Of a stretch of 64,000 nucleotides of DNA, positions 40,452-55,476 are shown one piece after another. Origin of the DNA: Octopus sinensis (Eukaryota); assembly GCF_006345805.1 (NCBI RefSeq), contig NC_042997.1:158782001-158846000 (forward strand), read 5' to 3'. Within the stretch, counting starts at the first letter, position 1; each line of letters opens with the position of its first letter. Both the position numbers and the translations under genes were made by a program. The notes beneath the pieces were generated by a model. The model did no database searches. It was not told where the DNA came from and was given only the letters and a program-made list of their open reading frames with translations.

Positions 40452-40680
40452 CGAGCTGACAGAGACGTTAGCGCACCGCGCGAAATGCTTAGCGGTATTT
40501 CGTCTGCAGTTACGTTCTGAGTTCAAATTCCGCCGATGTCGACTTTGCCTTTCATCCTTTCGGGGTCGATAAATAAAGTACTAGTTATCCACTGGGGTCG
40601 ATGTAATCGAATTAATCCGTTTGTAATCGAATTAATCTTTGTTTGCGCCCTCTAGGCTTAGTCCCATGTGGGCAACATAA
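40449..40680 (+). mobile_element. Family A SINE
   Basis: Head and core as at 10397. Starts at the end of a (TA)n tract. Confidence 0.85.
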
Positions 40681-40692
40681 AAGTATATATAT

Positions 40693-41085
40693 AGGAGTGG
40701 CTGTGTGGTAAGTAGCTTCCTTAAGAACCATGTGGTTCCGGGTTCAGTCCCACTGCGTGGCACCTTGGGCAAGTGTCTTCTCCTATAGCCTTGTGAGTCG
40801 ATTTCGTAGACGAAAACTGAAAGAAGCCCTTCGTATATATGTACGCGTGTGTGTATATGTTTGTGTGTCTGTGTTTGTCCCCCAACATCGCTTGACAATC
40901 GCTTGACGATGGTGGTATGTTTACGTCCTTGTAACTTAGCTATTCGGCAAAAGAGACCGATAGAATAAGCACTACGCTTACAAAGAATAAATCCTGGGGT
41001 CGATTTGCTTGACTAAAGGCGGTGATCCAGCATGGGCCACAGTCAAATGACTGAAACAAGTAAAAGAGAGTAAAAGAGTAAAGAG
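40693..41085 (+). mobile_element. CORE-type SINE (family B)
   Basis: As 21034-21428, with an (AAGAGTA)n tail. Confidence 0.85.
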
Positions 41086-41227
<142 letters not shown>

Positions 41228-42225
41228 TAATTATCATACAACACGCACACAAATATATACTCATGTATCATACAAGAATACACCAATACAGCCATACACA
41301 CATTCATTCACCGATACTCACACACACACACACACATAGGGTTTCTATTTTGTTAATATGTTTTTGTATTTTGCTGGAGATTTGATAATGATAAAATGAT
41401 AATTGTATTACATATTTGCCTCTGGGTTTCAACCCGACATTTCCTAGTGTCGATATCTGATGCTTTATATATCACTATAATACTATAAACGACTAGTTAT
41501 TGGTTTGTTTTCTTCTGTATTCTGCCAATATTAATCTTCTCTATGTGCACGTTTATATATGTGTGTGTGTATATGTATTTATTTGTGTTTGTGTGTGTGT
41601 TTGTGTGTGTGTATGTGTGTGCATGTGTGTGCTTGTGTGAGGTGTGTGTATTTAAAACGTGCGCATAAATATATGATCGTCTGTTGGAAAATTGGCGCCT
41701 GTACGCTGTGATATGAAACAATATTTCTGTATCATTTATATGCTGTTTAGTATAAACTCTACACCACTGCACGATTCTTGGTGCGAAGGTTGCATCTTTA
41801 AAAGAGAGATTCTTATGAGAAATATTAATAAATATGTGCATACATATAAGTATGAAGTTACGTAGAGTAGAGAGAGAGGGGGAAAAGAGAGAGAGGGGGG
41901 AAAGAGAGAGAGAGAATGCAAGTATAGGATAAGTTGTAATCATTATGTATGCCTTTATTGATTTATTATACGTGATGCTATCGACATACTTATTTGTTGG
42001 CTGCTGTATGCCATATATATATATATATATATAATATATATAATATATATATATATATAATATATATAATATATATATATATTATATATATATATATATA
42101 TATAAATATAGATATATATATATATATCTACATATATATATATATATATGCCATATATATATATATATATAATATATATACACAAATATATATATATATA
42201 TATATATACATACATATATATATAT

Positions 42226-42260
<35 letters not shown>

Positions 42261-42585
42261 CAGAGAGAGAGAGAAGTGGTAGATAGATAGATCGATAAAT
42301 AGAGTGATAATTAGGTAGAAACATAGATATATGCACATACACATTGATTTTATATATATATATATATATCTTACCATAGGAAGCAAATTTTGTTCATGTT
42401 TTTTACAAAGAACGATATGTTATTTTTTTTCTTTTGCTTTTTGCAATGTTGCAGGTCATTGCTGACTTCCTTTCAAAGTATGTGCTTACATATAATGGCT
42501 ATTCTCTAACAATGATATAAGTTTGTTCAAGATAACTAATAACGAGTTCAAAATATTTCGGCCATTCTACATGAATAATTTACTC

Positions 42586-42658
<73 letters not shown>

Positions 42659-43398
42659 AGCATACACATGAATGTATACATACATTCATACAAGCAGCAG
42701 TTAACACCTTGTTATTCTTATATTAGGTGAGCTAATGGTATATTTGATGATGTGTGCGGAGCTTTGCCAAGATGGAATTAACTAATTAATTGGCTATCAA
42801 CAACTATTCACTGTTCGTAGCTAACGACGCATGAAAACGCAGAAAAACGTCCGTTCTATAGTTCAATGACGTAATTCATATCCTAATTGTGTGATTTTCA
42901 CACATATTGTCTATAAGGAGAAATTTTCTTTCGAGAAAATTTCCGCATCCGAATGTATACGAACATGTTAAATAATACGCATACACCTATATTTTATTCA
43001 GTATCCCTTAGTGTGTTTTTAATTGATTCTAGGTTGACAAACATTTACCTACATTGGCATTCTATGCTTTTCGCATGCAACCCGGCGGGGCTCGCTCTGA
43101 GCACTGTAATTTTTTCACAGTGAACGTACCGGCCGTTCTAATTTAATGTTCTAATACAAGAATTACAGTATCTTATTTCTTATCAAAAAATGACTCGGTA
43201 TCAGCACTAGACGACGCGCAACAACGCAGAAATATATACATTCTACGATCAGATGAATTTCTTCGTAGCACATGAGTGTATTTTTCTCGCATATATTGTC
43301 TATAAAAAGAATGTTTACCTTGAAACAATCTCTGCAGTACGTGCTTTCCCTTATTCAAGAGAAATTGAATAAGTCAAATATGAATGTGCACGTGTGTG

Positions 43399-43464
<66 letters not shown>

Positions 43465-45031
43465 GTGTGTATGAAAGAAAGAGTGAATTGCATTAAAACA
43501 AATTTATAGGTTGAGAATGGCTACGAAGATATAAAAGAATACATGTACCATATTACAATATAATATAAGATGGTATACAAGCTTTAGACATTTAAAAACC
43601 AAATCAACCTAGCATTTAGCTAACTGAACAGACAGATATCGGCTATTCTTCGAAAATATCGGATATTATGCAAAATATAATAACCCACGATGAAAACAAG
43701 ATAATGACGAAGTTGCCAATACACCCATACATCTCCTATCGACACCAGTTCAATATAGTTATAAAAACAAAATAAATACATATGAGGATAAAATATGAAA
43801 CAAAAAAGCACAAACGAATGAACTTTTATTAACAGACGGACGCTTGCCATTCTGCAGATGATGGTACTCGCACATTCATGCGCACACCCATTTATCTGTC
43901 ATCACCATAAATTCAATTTCAGTGCATTTGGCAGACCAATAACTAATAAAATTAAATGGGGAAAAAACAGATAAGCAAAATCACATACAGAAATACTTAG
44001 AGATATGCAGAAACACAATGTAGTTTCACTACCAGAAACGTCTGCGCAGGCACGAAACACACAAAATAAACACATGCTCATATACATACTTGTACGTTTA
44101 CACACAAAAAAAAAACCACCGCAATTACAAGCACAAATATTTAATGACAAAATACCAAGAAAACAGTCTGTGAAACCCATTGGGGAAACTACAGACGATT
44201 AGTGAAAGATTATACAAAAATCTATCAATTAATAACAAAGTGAACATCAATCGGTGTTTATGCTTTATTGACTGAATGTTCCTCCTCCCAAAACACTATT
44301 TCTTCGTCTCTCTTTGTGTGTGTACATATATATATGAAATCATATATTCATATACTTATATACGTGTATACATACACGCACATATGTATGCATACATATT
44401 AATACGTACGTCTACGCAGAAGAAATGAAATTGAGGCTTCTTTGATATGTTGTATTAACATTTTCTCAACCGGTTTCACAACTTCAGTGTAGTCATGGCG
44501 TTTTTTTCAAATCAAATTATGATATAGGTATTTACCTTTATATCAAGTTACATGACTAAAGAAAAGAGGGGTAAAATGTTGCAAAACAAATATTAGTTGC
44601 CATAGAAGAGACGTTGTCTAACGTATGCATTGGTTTAATCGTTTTGTTTTTGTTGTTGTTTTTTGTTGTTTTGTTTTTGTTTTTTTTCTTTGTTTGTTTG
44701 TTTTTGTAGACTTTATATTTGCTAAGTTGATAGCTGCTATGTTTGCTAACTAAATACATGAAAAAATTAATAAATAGATAAATAAATAAATGAATACAAA
44801 GCTGAAAATGCACATGAATTCCTTTATCCTTCTATCTTTTTTTTTTCTGTTTTATCGTGCTGCATAACCAAAATAATAGTCACAATCAATATTGGCGCAG
44901 TTTATATTAATAAATATATTGTTAACCGACAAAATTGTATACCGTAAAACAGCTTATCAAATCCTTTGCATTCCTGACTTTTATCATAATCCATAAACGT
45001 ACAACTGGATATTATAACACTGGATATTATA

Positions 45032-46250
45032 ACAGATTGAGTAAAAGGTAAGCAACGTTTTGAACCATGAAGAATTTGTACCGAATTTTTGCAGAGTTTT
45101 GAAAATTTTTAAACATTTTTTTGCAGTTGTCTAATAGTACAGATATATAATAAATTAACATTGATATTTTTTCACCATTGTTACAATCATCTAAAATGGA
45201 AATGTCGAAGCGGAATATTCGAGCAATTTTGTTATTCAACTTCAAAAAAGGACGTAATGCTGTTGAAACTGCTCGCAATATCAACGAATGGTCTGGTGAG
45301 GAAATGGCCACTGAGTGGTCAGCTCGAAAATGGTTTAAACAATTTTGCAGTGGAGTCCTGAGCCTTGAAGATCGTGAACGTAGTGGACGCCCATCTGTCA
45401 TCGATGACGTCGTTGAGAAAGATCCGCTTAAAACCACTTGAGAACTGACAAAAAAGAAATTAAATTTAAGCAGAAAACTGCCTGCAACCATTTGCATGCG
45501 ATCAGAAAATTAAAATCATTTGAATGTAAATCAGAAAATGCGCAGATATGGAATTTGCATGTCGCTTCTTCTACGTAACCAGGCCGATCCATTTCTCGAC
45601 TGTACTGTAACTTGCAATGGAAATCGGATTCTGTACAATAATAAAAAAAAGTTCTTTGCAGTGTTTGGAGCAAAATGAAGCATCGAAAACCTTCCCTAAA
45701 CTCGAGCTCTTCAAAAAAGAAGTTTATGGTGAATGTCTGGTGGTTTACTGCTGGACTCATCCACTATAACTTCTTAAGACTCGTAAAATTATTACTGCAG
45801 AAACATATTGCCATAAAATTGCCAAAATAAATGAAAAACTGCTACTTCTCTGTCCCAGACTTGTCAACAGAAGAGGATCAATCATCTTTCATGACAATGC
45901 TCAACTACATGTTTCACTAATAATGCTCCAGAAGTTGAGGGAACTTGGCTACGAAGTTCTTCCCCACCCAGCTATTTCCCAGACCTTTCTCCTACCGACT
46001 ACCACATTTTCAAGCACCATGATGGTTTCCTGCGAGAGGAGTTACCGATGTTGAAAGCGTGTTCAAAGGGTTCACCAGCTCCAGAACTCCAGATTTTTAT
46101 GTTACCGGAATAAACCAATTTGTAACTCATTGACAAAAATGTGTTGATCGTAATGGTACTTATTTGATGAATAAGATTTCCGCAGTGTTGAAATATATTG
46201 CGATGAATTTCAGGTTTCAAAACGTTGCTTACTTTTTACTCAGCCTGACA
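45032..46250 (+). mobile_element. Near full-length decayed mariner (Hsmar1/cecropia-like) transposon
   Basis: TIRs cagattgagtaaaaggtaagcaacgttttgaacc (45033-66) and ggtttcaaaacgttgcttactttttactcagcctg (46213-47). The ORF from 45196 reads MEMSKRNIRAILLFNFKKGRNAVETARNIN..ARKWFKQF..LEDRERSGRP. Then come frameshifted LLLRNQADPFLD..TCNG, VWW..AGLIHY, FHDNA and PDLSPTDYHIF. Confidence 0.95.
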
Positions 46251-46656
46251 CATAAATGACCTTAGATTTGGGATGAGATGGGAATTTTTTTATGTAAATA
46301 AAGTAAAATGACCTAATTTGGAACATTCCAAAAGTGCAGAGTAAAAGCAAATTGAATGCTTTAGAATGAGTAGAAACTATAGCCGATTTCGCAATAATTT
46401 AGTTGTTACTGTTCGCTACATTAGATCGAGCTAAACTATTTTCTTGTTTAAGGAGTATAAAGGATTGCATTAAATAATATATCGCTGTTTCTCTGGAGAC
46501 TGTTAGAATGATGTGGACACCTCTGATAAGAACCCAATAAGGCCCGAATATTGATTAAGTTTATTCATGTTTTTCAGTCTGCAGAGAAATGGCTAAAATT
46601 TGCCCTGTTTAGATTTATACCATACGTTATACACACATGCGCGCACACACACACAT

Positions 46657-46695
<39 letters not shown>

Positions 46696-47603
46696 TACAC
46701 ATATACATATATATGTGTGTGTGTGTAATTCTAAACAGGGCAAATATATATATATATATTATATATATATATATATATATATTATACGAATTATTATTCC
46801 AAGTAGTAAGTACATGCACTCTATTTGCTGACCACGTCTAACTTAATAGCATCAAGTAGTGTAATCTTCTAGCTCATATTTTAGGATACATTTCACTTAA
46901 ATAGGCAGTTGTTATTCACTTAGATATACCCAATTTTTGCTGGTTTGTCTGATACGTTTTGGAGGAATTTGTTCAGATACCGTTTAAATATTATAAGGTC
47001 TTTTTCCTCTTTGATTTCTCTCAGGATAATATTGAATATATCAGGATAAATTGACGATAAAACACCCGTATCGCAATGGCTCTGGGACAAGTCTTTGAGT
47101 GAATTGTGAACATGGTGCCGGCATCCTGTGGACGATGTACAAATATTATACTGAGTAAAACTGACATTGTACAGATAATATACAGAGTGAATCTTTTACA
47201 TCGTTAGATCATTTCGTCATATGAAAATACATGTTAAAGAAAATATGCATACAAAGGATTTCGTATAAAATGTATCTGGAAAGAAGTCATAACCTGGGTT
47301 TTACAGTCATCGACAAAGCCAAATAATATTCGAAATTTGAGGATTAAGCATGTTATCGTTCTTAATATATAACACCTATACAGACAACAACAAAGAGTTG
47401 TGCGATGCAAATTTGCTAATGTAATAATAACAATCTGCTCACGTTGAATGCCATGATGCCAACGTCTGTGCACATTAGAATTAAGCTAATTCTTTTTTTT
47501 TTCTTTACATAGGTTTTTAAATTCTTTACAAAGGTTTAAAATTTGATGTATTGGTTTTGAATTTACTTTCTTATCTCGAGCTTTCATAGTGTGTATACAT
47601 ACT

Positions 47604-47653
<50 letters not shown>

Positions 47654-49774
47654 CAAATACAAATGCAGAAACACATACACACACACACACGCACACACAC
47701 ATACATACATACATACATACATACATACATACATACATACATACATTACATACATACATACATACATACACACACACATATCATCCTTAACTTGTTAGAG
47801 TGATTGCAACTCTGATACTAGTCGACAACGTGATAGCAAATGCCTTTTGTTTGTTGTTATGACGTTAGCTAATATCCTGATTTATTTATCTTGCTCTGAG
47901 TAACATGATTGTGTATGATAAACCGCTTAAATATAGAGGAGACTTTTTGAAACATTAAAATTAGAAATTTATTTTAAGACGAATCTTTTCGTTCCGAAGA
48001 AAATATAACTATATCGAGGAGAGTTCACTAAAAATATTCCATTTGAAAATGAGATTGAATGCGAAAACCAGGTCAATTTAATTTCAATATCAGTCAGACA
48101 TTTTCACTTCTTTGTCAATAATTTCTTTCTTTTTTTATTTTTTCACAGGCATACGTAGAGTGGTTGAAAAGATTACTTTCATTACATTTCATCTTATTTA
48201 CAAAGAGAATTTCACCAGTTTCTAATTAGCTACACAAAAACCTTTACTCTGTTTTTATTTTATTTTTTTATCATGCTGTAACAAGAAAGTAACCACCTTC
48301 TAGTTTCCCTGAACTCTCTTTTTTTTTTAACCTCCTAAATAATCTTAGACTTAACATGGTACGAAACAGTAACAGTGATCTTCGCAGTTTTATAAATGGT
48401 GCTAATTATAAATACCTAGAAAATGATATTCAATGAAAGCAGACACAGCTTGAAAGTAACTATTCTTCACACAATTTATTATGAGCAACGAAAATAAAAT
48501 GAACAGAATCTCGTATTTCTTATTTATTTCTTAATAGAGAAAGAAACTATACATTTTCAGTCAGGAAGTTTATTTCGTTTGACAGTAGTCTGTGAAATCA
48601 AATACATTTCATCGCAATTCGTCTATAGTTAACCCATCACGTGACTTACTTCAGTTAATGTCGTTGATGGAAAAATTGAAATAATATATTTCCAGTTGTT
48701 AAATCAGATCTGTTCAAATATCTCAGTGTCGCAAATGGCTGACTTGTTAGGGTGCTCGATATTTTTGATGCTAGCCGCGCTGATGTAATGTGTCTCTGAT
48801 CAATTCACCTAAATTTACGGTCTAGTACACCGCGCTGTAAATGGATACAAAGGAAAGATACAACTTTTCAAAGACTTATATTCGATAACTTTCAAGCCAA
48901 GCAGGCGAAAAGAGATTGTCCAGTAAATTCTGCACAGAAACACGATTCTGCCGAAGATACGGTCTACCTTCACATCTAATACGTAATCTTTATTTGGCAC
49001 TCGCTATTCACAGACAACATGCTACATAACCCATCAAAGTATCTAGAATTGCAGAACCTCTATTGATCTTTACAGGTGTTCTTAACTAAATGGTATAGCT
49101 AAAATCTTCATCCGAAGACTACATTTCCTCTTCAGTACAGGTCAATAGGTAATGCTCAACAAAATTTGGTAATTCCGATAAAATGGAGCGGTGTTACTTC
49201 TTCATTCATACACCTCCTAAACAACATCTAAGCGGAAACTATTTGGCTGATTGGTAAACCTTTACTTACCAGCATAGTATAATATTTACCCAAGACAGAC
49301 TACTTTTCTCAATCTATGTATCTTTATTTCTGTTCTCTCAATATATTAATCAATTTTGATACTACTACAAAGACTTATTCCTGCTCGTAGTAGCATTTAC
49401 ACACCATTTTCTCTCAAGTTCACTTGGCCCTCATATAAAACACTTTGACAATTTCTTTAACATTTTCTTTAATCATTGACCTACAGATGTTCATGCTTAA
49501 CGTATTAAAAATCCGTGTTGTTCTGGCGGCCTCGGAAACCATCTGAATATTATGCATGCCGCCCTTCCTGCCGTTTAAGATATAAAAAAAGGACGCAATA
49601 CAGCTGTGGCCCAGAAATATCAGAAATACTCGCGTACTTAGTTATATATAGTGGTATTATTAATGAGAAGTAAATGGTTCATGTATGTTAGATATCAATC
49701 TTTTAATATGTATGTAGACATAGTTATAAAAATATCCGAGTGAATATTCGTTTCAAATTTTGGCACAAAGCCGG

Positions 49775-49922
49775 CAATTTTGAAGGGAGGAGGGGATAAG
49801 TCGATTAGATAGAACCCAGTGATCAACTGGTAATTTCTTTATCGATCCCGAAAGGATACAAAGACGAAATGTCGCTAAGCATTTTGCCTGGCGTGCTATT
49901 GATTCTGCCAGTTGACTGCCTT
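49775..49922 (-). mobile_element. Family A SINE fragment
   Basis: Reverse-strand head and core with an internal deletion. Confidence 0.75.
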
Positions 49923-50904
49923 TATTTGAATGAAGATTAATGATTCTTCGAGCATAGGAATCAGCGATAGGAACGTGAACAGACAACAAATAACTACATG
50001 AACTTTCATTCCTATTTCTGCTTCATTTGTGATCGTTGTATCCACTCAGTTACATACACTAAGTATGTATATCTACACATAAACGATAGTCACCTATACG
50101 CACGGTAGAAGAACCTCTATGACAATAGAAGAAATAGGAAAATATATTAGATTGTATAGTTCTAGATATACTACGTCTGAATAAAAGATATGGTAGACAT
50201 AAGTGGATCATCTTCAATATAAATTTGACCGAACAACAAAAATAATACATCACATTCTAGATATGAGAGAGCACTGCGCAGCCTAATGTTTGCTATGAGA
50301 AAATATAAATAGAATTTAAATTTTACATGTACGATAGGTTTCAATTATTATTAAACAGTTAACTGTTAACAATCATCAGTAACTACATCGTCATTCACCT
50401 TGTCCTTGGTGCCTGCTATAAAAAAGCAGAAATAATTTATGCTACTGGGAAGCATATCATGAGATTATGAGATTTCTCGAGAAGATCAAGAAGTGCTGAT
50501 GAACTTTGGAACTGCATTGTTTCAATCTAAGCATAATATACAAAATGAATATCATTAATTAAAAAGATACAACTTGAGCACAGACATGTCTTACCCATTA
50601 TATATATAGGTGTATATACATATACATACATATAAATACACACAGACTCACACATAAACTACTGTGCGTACACACACATGCACACACACATATATAGTTA
50701 AAGATATAGGCATGTAATTATATTCATCTATATGCATTTACGTATTTAAAAGTACGTTTCAATGCCAACGCGCTATCGTAGAAAGAGTCATTTTAAATTT
50801 CTTCGAATATCTGTGTTAAGAATAAGAGCTTATAAATCACCGCAAAAAAACTGTATTTCCAAAATGTTATCATCTGGAGAAGTATCAATTGCTTATATTC
50901 ATAA

Positions 50905-51192
50905 ATGCACACATATGAACACACACATACACACACACATACATACATACACACACACATACATACATACATACACACATACATACATACATACATACAT
51001 ACATACATACATACATACATACATACATACATACATACATACATACACACATTCATTGATACATACACACACATACATACATAAATACATCATACATACA
51101 TACATACATACATACACATACATACACACACACATACATACATACATACATACATACATACATACATACATACATACATACATACATACATA
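50905..51192. repeat. (TACA)n tetranucleotide tract
   Basis: Direct reading. Confidence 0.95.
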
Positions 51193-51199
51193 CCAAGAC

Positions 51200-51570
51200 T
51201 GAAGACATCGACTCTTTTATTGCGAACTGCGAGAGAATGTCTTTCCGATACTAGATATTATCTTGCCATGAGACATGATGCGGTGACGAGAGCAGTCTGG
51301 AAAAAGATAAGAAAAAAGAAAAATACCAGCAAACGAAGTTGACTATATTGCGGCGATCTGTCAAAAGAATATCGGTGAAAATTTTGAAAAATTAAATAGC
51401 CTCCAAGTCAAAACACAGACGGCCAGATATTGCAGTGTGGAATCATAATAACAAAATTATGCTCCGTTGTGAAAATCAACTGCCTTTGGAACCCCAATGT
51501 GGTCAGAAAAACATTTAAGTAGCACATCTATGGACCACTGCAAAGATTTTTTAAAATACAGTAATACGAT
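51200..51570 (+). mobile_element. Restriction-like-endonuclease (R4/NeSL-type) LINE C-terminal relic
   Basis: Frameshifted EDIDSFIANCERMS..YLAMRHDAVTRAVW..KHRRPDIAVWN..IYGPLQR, matching the zinc-knuckle C..RHD, PD..W and K...Y motifs. Confidence 0.6.
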
Positions 51571-51612
51571 ACATTTTTAGCTTCATGCGCACCACCCATC
51601 CCGGAGCAAAGT

Positions 51613-52022
51613 GCGGCGAGCTGGCAGAAACGTTAACACGCCGCGCGAAATGCTGAGAGGTATTTCGTCAGCCGTTACGTTCTGAGTTCAAATTCCGACG
51701 AGGTCGACTTTGCCTCTCATCCTTTTGGGGTCGATTAAATAAGTACCAGTTACGCGCTGGGGTCGATATAATCGACTTAATCTGTTTGTCTGTCCTTGTT
51801 TGTTCCCTCTGTGTTAAGCACCTTGTGGGTAGTAAAGAAATAGGTATTTCATCTACTGTTACGTTCCGAGTCCAAATTCCGCCGAGGAAGACTTTGCATT
51901 TCATCCTTTCGAAGTCGATTAAATAAGTACCAGTTACGCACTGGAGTCAATGTAATCGACTTAATTCGTTTGTCTGTCCTTGTTTGTCCTCTCTACGTTT
52001 AGCGCCCCCATGGGTAATAAAG
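51613..52022 (+). mobile_element. Multimeric family A SINE
   Basis: Head plus two cores, each followed by the gtttgtctgtccttgtttg module. Confidence 0.85.
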
Positions 52023-53755
52023 AAATTTTTTTTCAATTAAAAAAAACTATGGTTGAACTTGGTTATTGGAGAAGAGAATACAACTTATGAATTCTACGCT
52101 ACAAATGATTACTATACGTGACACATTTAAAGTCTCCAAGAAAGTTTTAAAAGTTAAAAGAAGATGAACAAGACAAGGTGCTTTCCTTCACAATCAAGCA
52201 GGTAGCCGGTCAAAATTAACTCTAAAGCGAAGTAGAAAATATACATACTTATGAATGTGCTTGTGCAGATACACTTGTTTATGTGTGTGAAAGCACACAT
52301 CATACATCTACATATATTGGCGGGACGCGTGAATATTTCACGGAATTAATGGTAAACTTATTGGGTTATTTCTGAAAACTTTGTCCAAATAAGTTACTGA
52401 AAGCGTAACCTGTGTTATATTTGTATCAAGCGATAGTCGCTCATCTGCTGATCACTGTAAAGTGAAGGAAATTGAATTACGATGATTACTCAATGCACTT
52501 TATAAGTACACTTTATTTACTTTATAGACTATACAACACTCTCCCTCTTTATCTCCCACTCTTCGCCTTACCCTCTTTTTCGCTGTCCTTTTTCTTTCGC
52601 TCTTCGACTTTGCCGTCAATTAATGGCGTGAAAGTGTAACTGACGGCCTAAGTAACGAAGAAAGAAAAAGCTTATTTTAAAAGAATTAACACATTTCACT
52701 CACTACTATTTCTGGCCCTGCCCCACCTCTACCACCCACTCCAACCCTCCAACTAATCATGTGGAAGCGTTACGAACGGGCTAAGTGACGAAGAAACAAG
52801 CAGACTCGTTATAAGATGATTTATACGAAAAGTAGAATTCACAAAATTATTGTAAACAATAAGAAACTATGTAACGGAGACATAGTTACTCATTCTAATG
52901 CTTCAAACGACCATAGAGAGGCTCTCCAATTGTAAATAATCTGTAGAAACATCCAACTGCACATTTTAATATGAAAGTTAATAACCCGAGTATATGCTTG
53001 CGTTTGTAGAAGAGAAGTGTTAATTAATTATCGTAACGTTCTTTTATTGTATTTGTGTGTGTGTTTGTGTGTGCATGTGCCTTTGTTTATATCGTTGTAG
53101 TTATGAGTGCTTGCATACATTTTTGTCTATAAGTGTATGCTTTTACATGGCTGTATCTCATAATTATTGTCTGCTTGTCTTTTATACATCAACATATCAG
53201 CTGAAAATTATCATTTTTAACTGTTTGCTAGAGATCAAGTCATTTATTATCAAGGTACACTAATCATCTTCCTCTTCTTGCGTGTTCATGGGCGTCTCTG
53301 TGATCTGAAGCAGGGCTTACATTGGAATGAAAAGAAGAAGAAAAAAGCAATAAGAAAATCGCCTACTTCAGCCTTATTTTATTATATACTTTTGATGTTT
53401 CCTTTTCTTGCTTCGCTATATCTATTAATGTGAAATTCTGTCATTGAAGTAAGTTAATGCAAAATGCATTTTATGGTATTATTAATGAGAATATATGTGT
53501 GGGTGAGAGAGAGAGAGGGAGAATAGAGGGAGACAGGCAAACGGAAAAGAAGATATCGAGTGGGTGAGTTTATGTTTGTATGATGTGGTGAAAAGGGTTT
53601 GTTTGTCTGCGTGATTTGGTGTGTGTAGCAGGAAGAAACTGCATTGGCTGAAAGACATCGACGTAAAACTGGTTTCGCTTCCCGGTTATATATTCAATGC
53701 AACCTCTGTATAACAGATACAGATACACCCAGCTACGCAAGCACAAACACGCACG

Positions 53756-53795
<40 letters not shown>

Positions 53796-54149
53796 ACACA
53801 CACAAACAAACAAACAAGCATACAAACACAAAGATAGATATACTTGTACTAATTGATATTTTTTATTGTATCGGTATATCTTTATAGTTCTACACTTAAA
53901 GCAAAACACATGTGTACAGGAATGTACTCTCACACACATATACATATGACATAAAGAGATAGACAGACAGCGAAAGGAGCGAGTAAGACCACACTGTATG
54001 CATTTACATCTTGGGCATGTATGCCTTTGTGTGTATGAGTGCTTGCGAGTATTGTGATGAGAGGAGAAATTACTATTTTGTAATGTGATGAACTTCCACA
54101 TTGATATCGACAAAATTTTTTATCCTAAATCGTAACACCCTCCAGATGG

Positions 54150-54575
54150 TAGGTTAGCAGAGATGGCAGGAACGTTAGCACACCGGGCGAAATGCTTAGC
54201 GGTATTTCGTCTGCCGATACGATCTGAGTTCAAATTCCGCCGAGGTCAACTTTACCTTTCATCCTTTCGGGGTCGATTAAATAAGTACCAGTTACGCACT
54301 GGGGTCGATACAATCGACTTAATCCGTTTATCTGTCCTTGTTTGTTCTCTCTATGTTTAGCGCCCCCTTCTGGGTAGTAAAGAAATCGCTATTTCGTCTG
54401 CCGCTACGTTCTGAGTTCAAATTCCGCCGAGGTCGACTTTACCTTACATCCTTTCGGGGTCGATTAAATAAGTACTAGTTAGGCACTGAAGTCAATATAA
54501 TCGACTTAATCCGTTTGTCTGTCCTTGTGTGCCCCCTCTGTGTTTAGCCCCTTGTGGGTAGTAAAGAAATAGGTC
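54150..54575 (+). mobile_element. Multimeric family A SINE
   Basis: Same architecture as 51613-52022. Confidence 0.85.
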
Positions 54576-55374
54576 GGCAGAGATAGCGAAATAACTGCTG
54601 ATCCTCCTCCTCTCTCTTGCTCCATAACTAGCAAAAGGCTCTTTCTCCTGCCTCCCCCACCCTGCACCCAGTGATTCTTCGCACTTTTCTTCTCGTTCCA
54701 ATGGCTGTAAACTTCCTCCATACTGACTAGGCAAGGGATCTGCTTCAACCAACCTCGCCTATGAAAAGCCACGACTAAAATCCCTTCTTGTAATCTTACA
54801 GAAAGCTCTAGTACAACTGAACCACTTCCCCAATGAATAATATTATAATTGGCTGATTATTCTACAGATTTTTGAATTCTTAATGTAACACCCACACAAA
54901 CTGAACATGAATTCCAACAAAAGTCCACCTGATAGGCCCACACACAGCTCGGCCTGCACAAATTTCCCTACATGGTTGTAGGATGATCTGAGAGTAAGTA
55001 ATGGATACTTTCTCAAGATCCCACTAGAGAGGAATGACCTCCCAATTTCGCGATTGTTTCAAAAGCAACAAGAAAGGATTCCACAAGAAGTCTCAATGCT
55101 GATGTTACTGGAAGAAACGAGGAAGGAAAAAGCTGCTGAAAAAAGAAATGAAAGAGAAGAATAGATACAGAAAATTGGGAAAACGAAGTTAAAGCAAGTG
55201 AGCTGATATAAAGGAGTCTGCTAATTCCATTGTTCTGCTTTTTAAAACAGATCAATGCTTATCATTGCAAGTTATCTACCTGTCCGCTACAGTGCAAACA
55301 TTTGCTTAAGTAGTTGAGACAAAAATCTTTGATAAAAGTTTGCCTCCAGTAAAACACGTAAACACATGCGTATA

Positions 55375-55400
55375 TGTATGTATGTAGTATGTATGTATGT

Positions 55401-55476
<76 letters not shown>

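Noticed and set aside
48140-48230. Strong acceptor tttcacag| followed by AYVEWLKRLL...
   Set aside because: No donor before the stop, and the sequence resembles a decayed SINE head.
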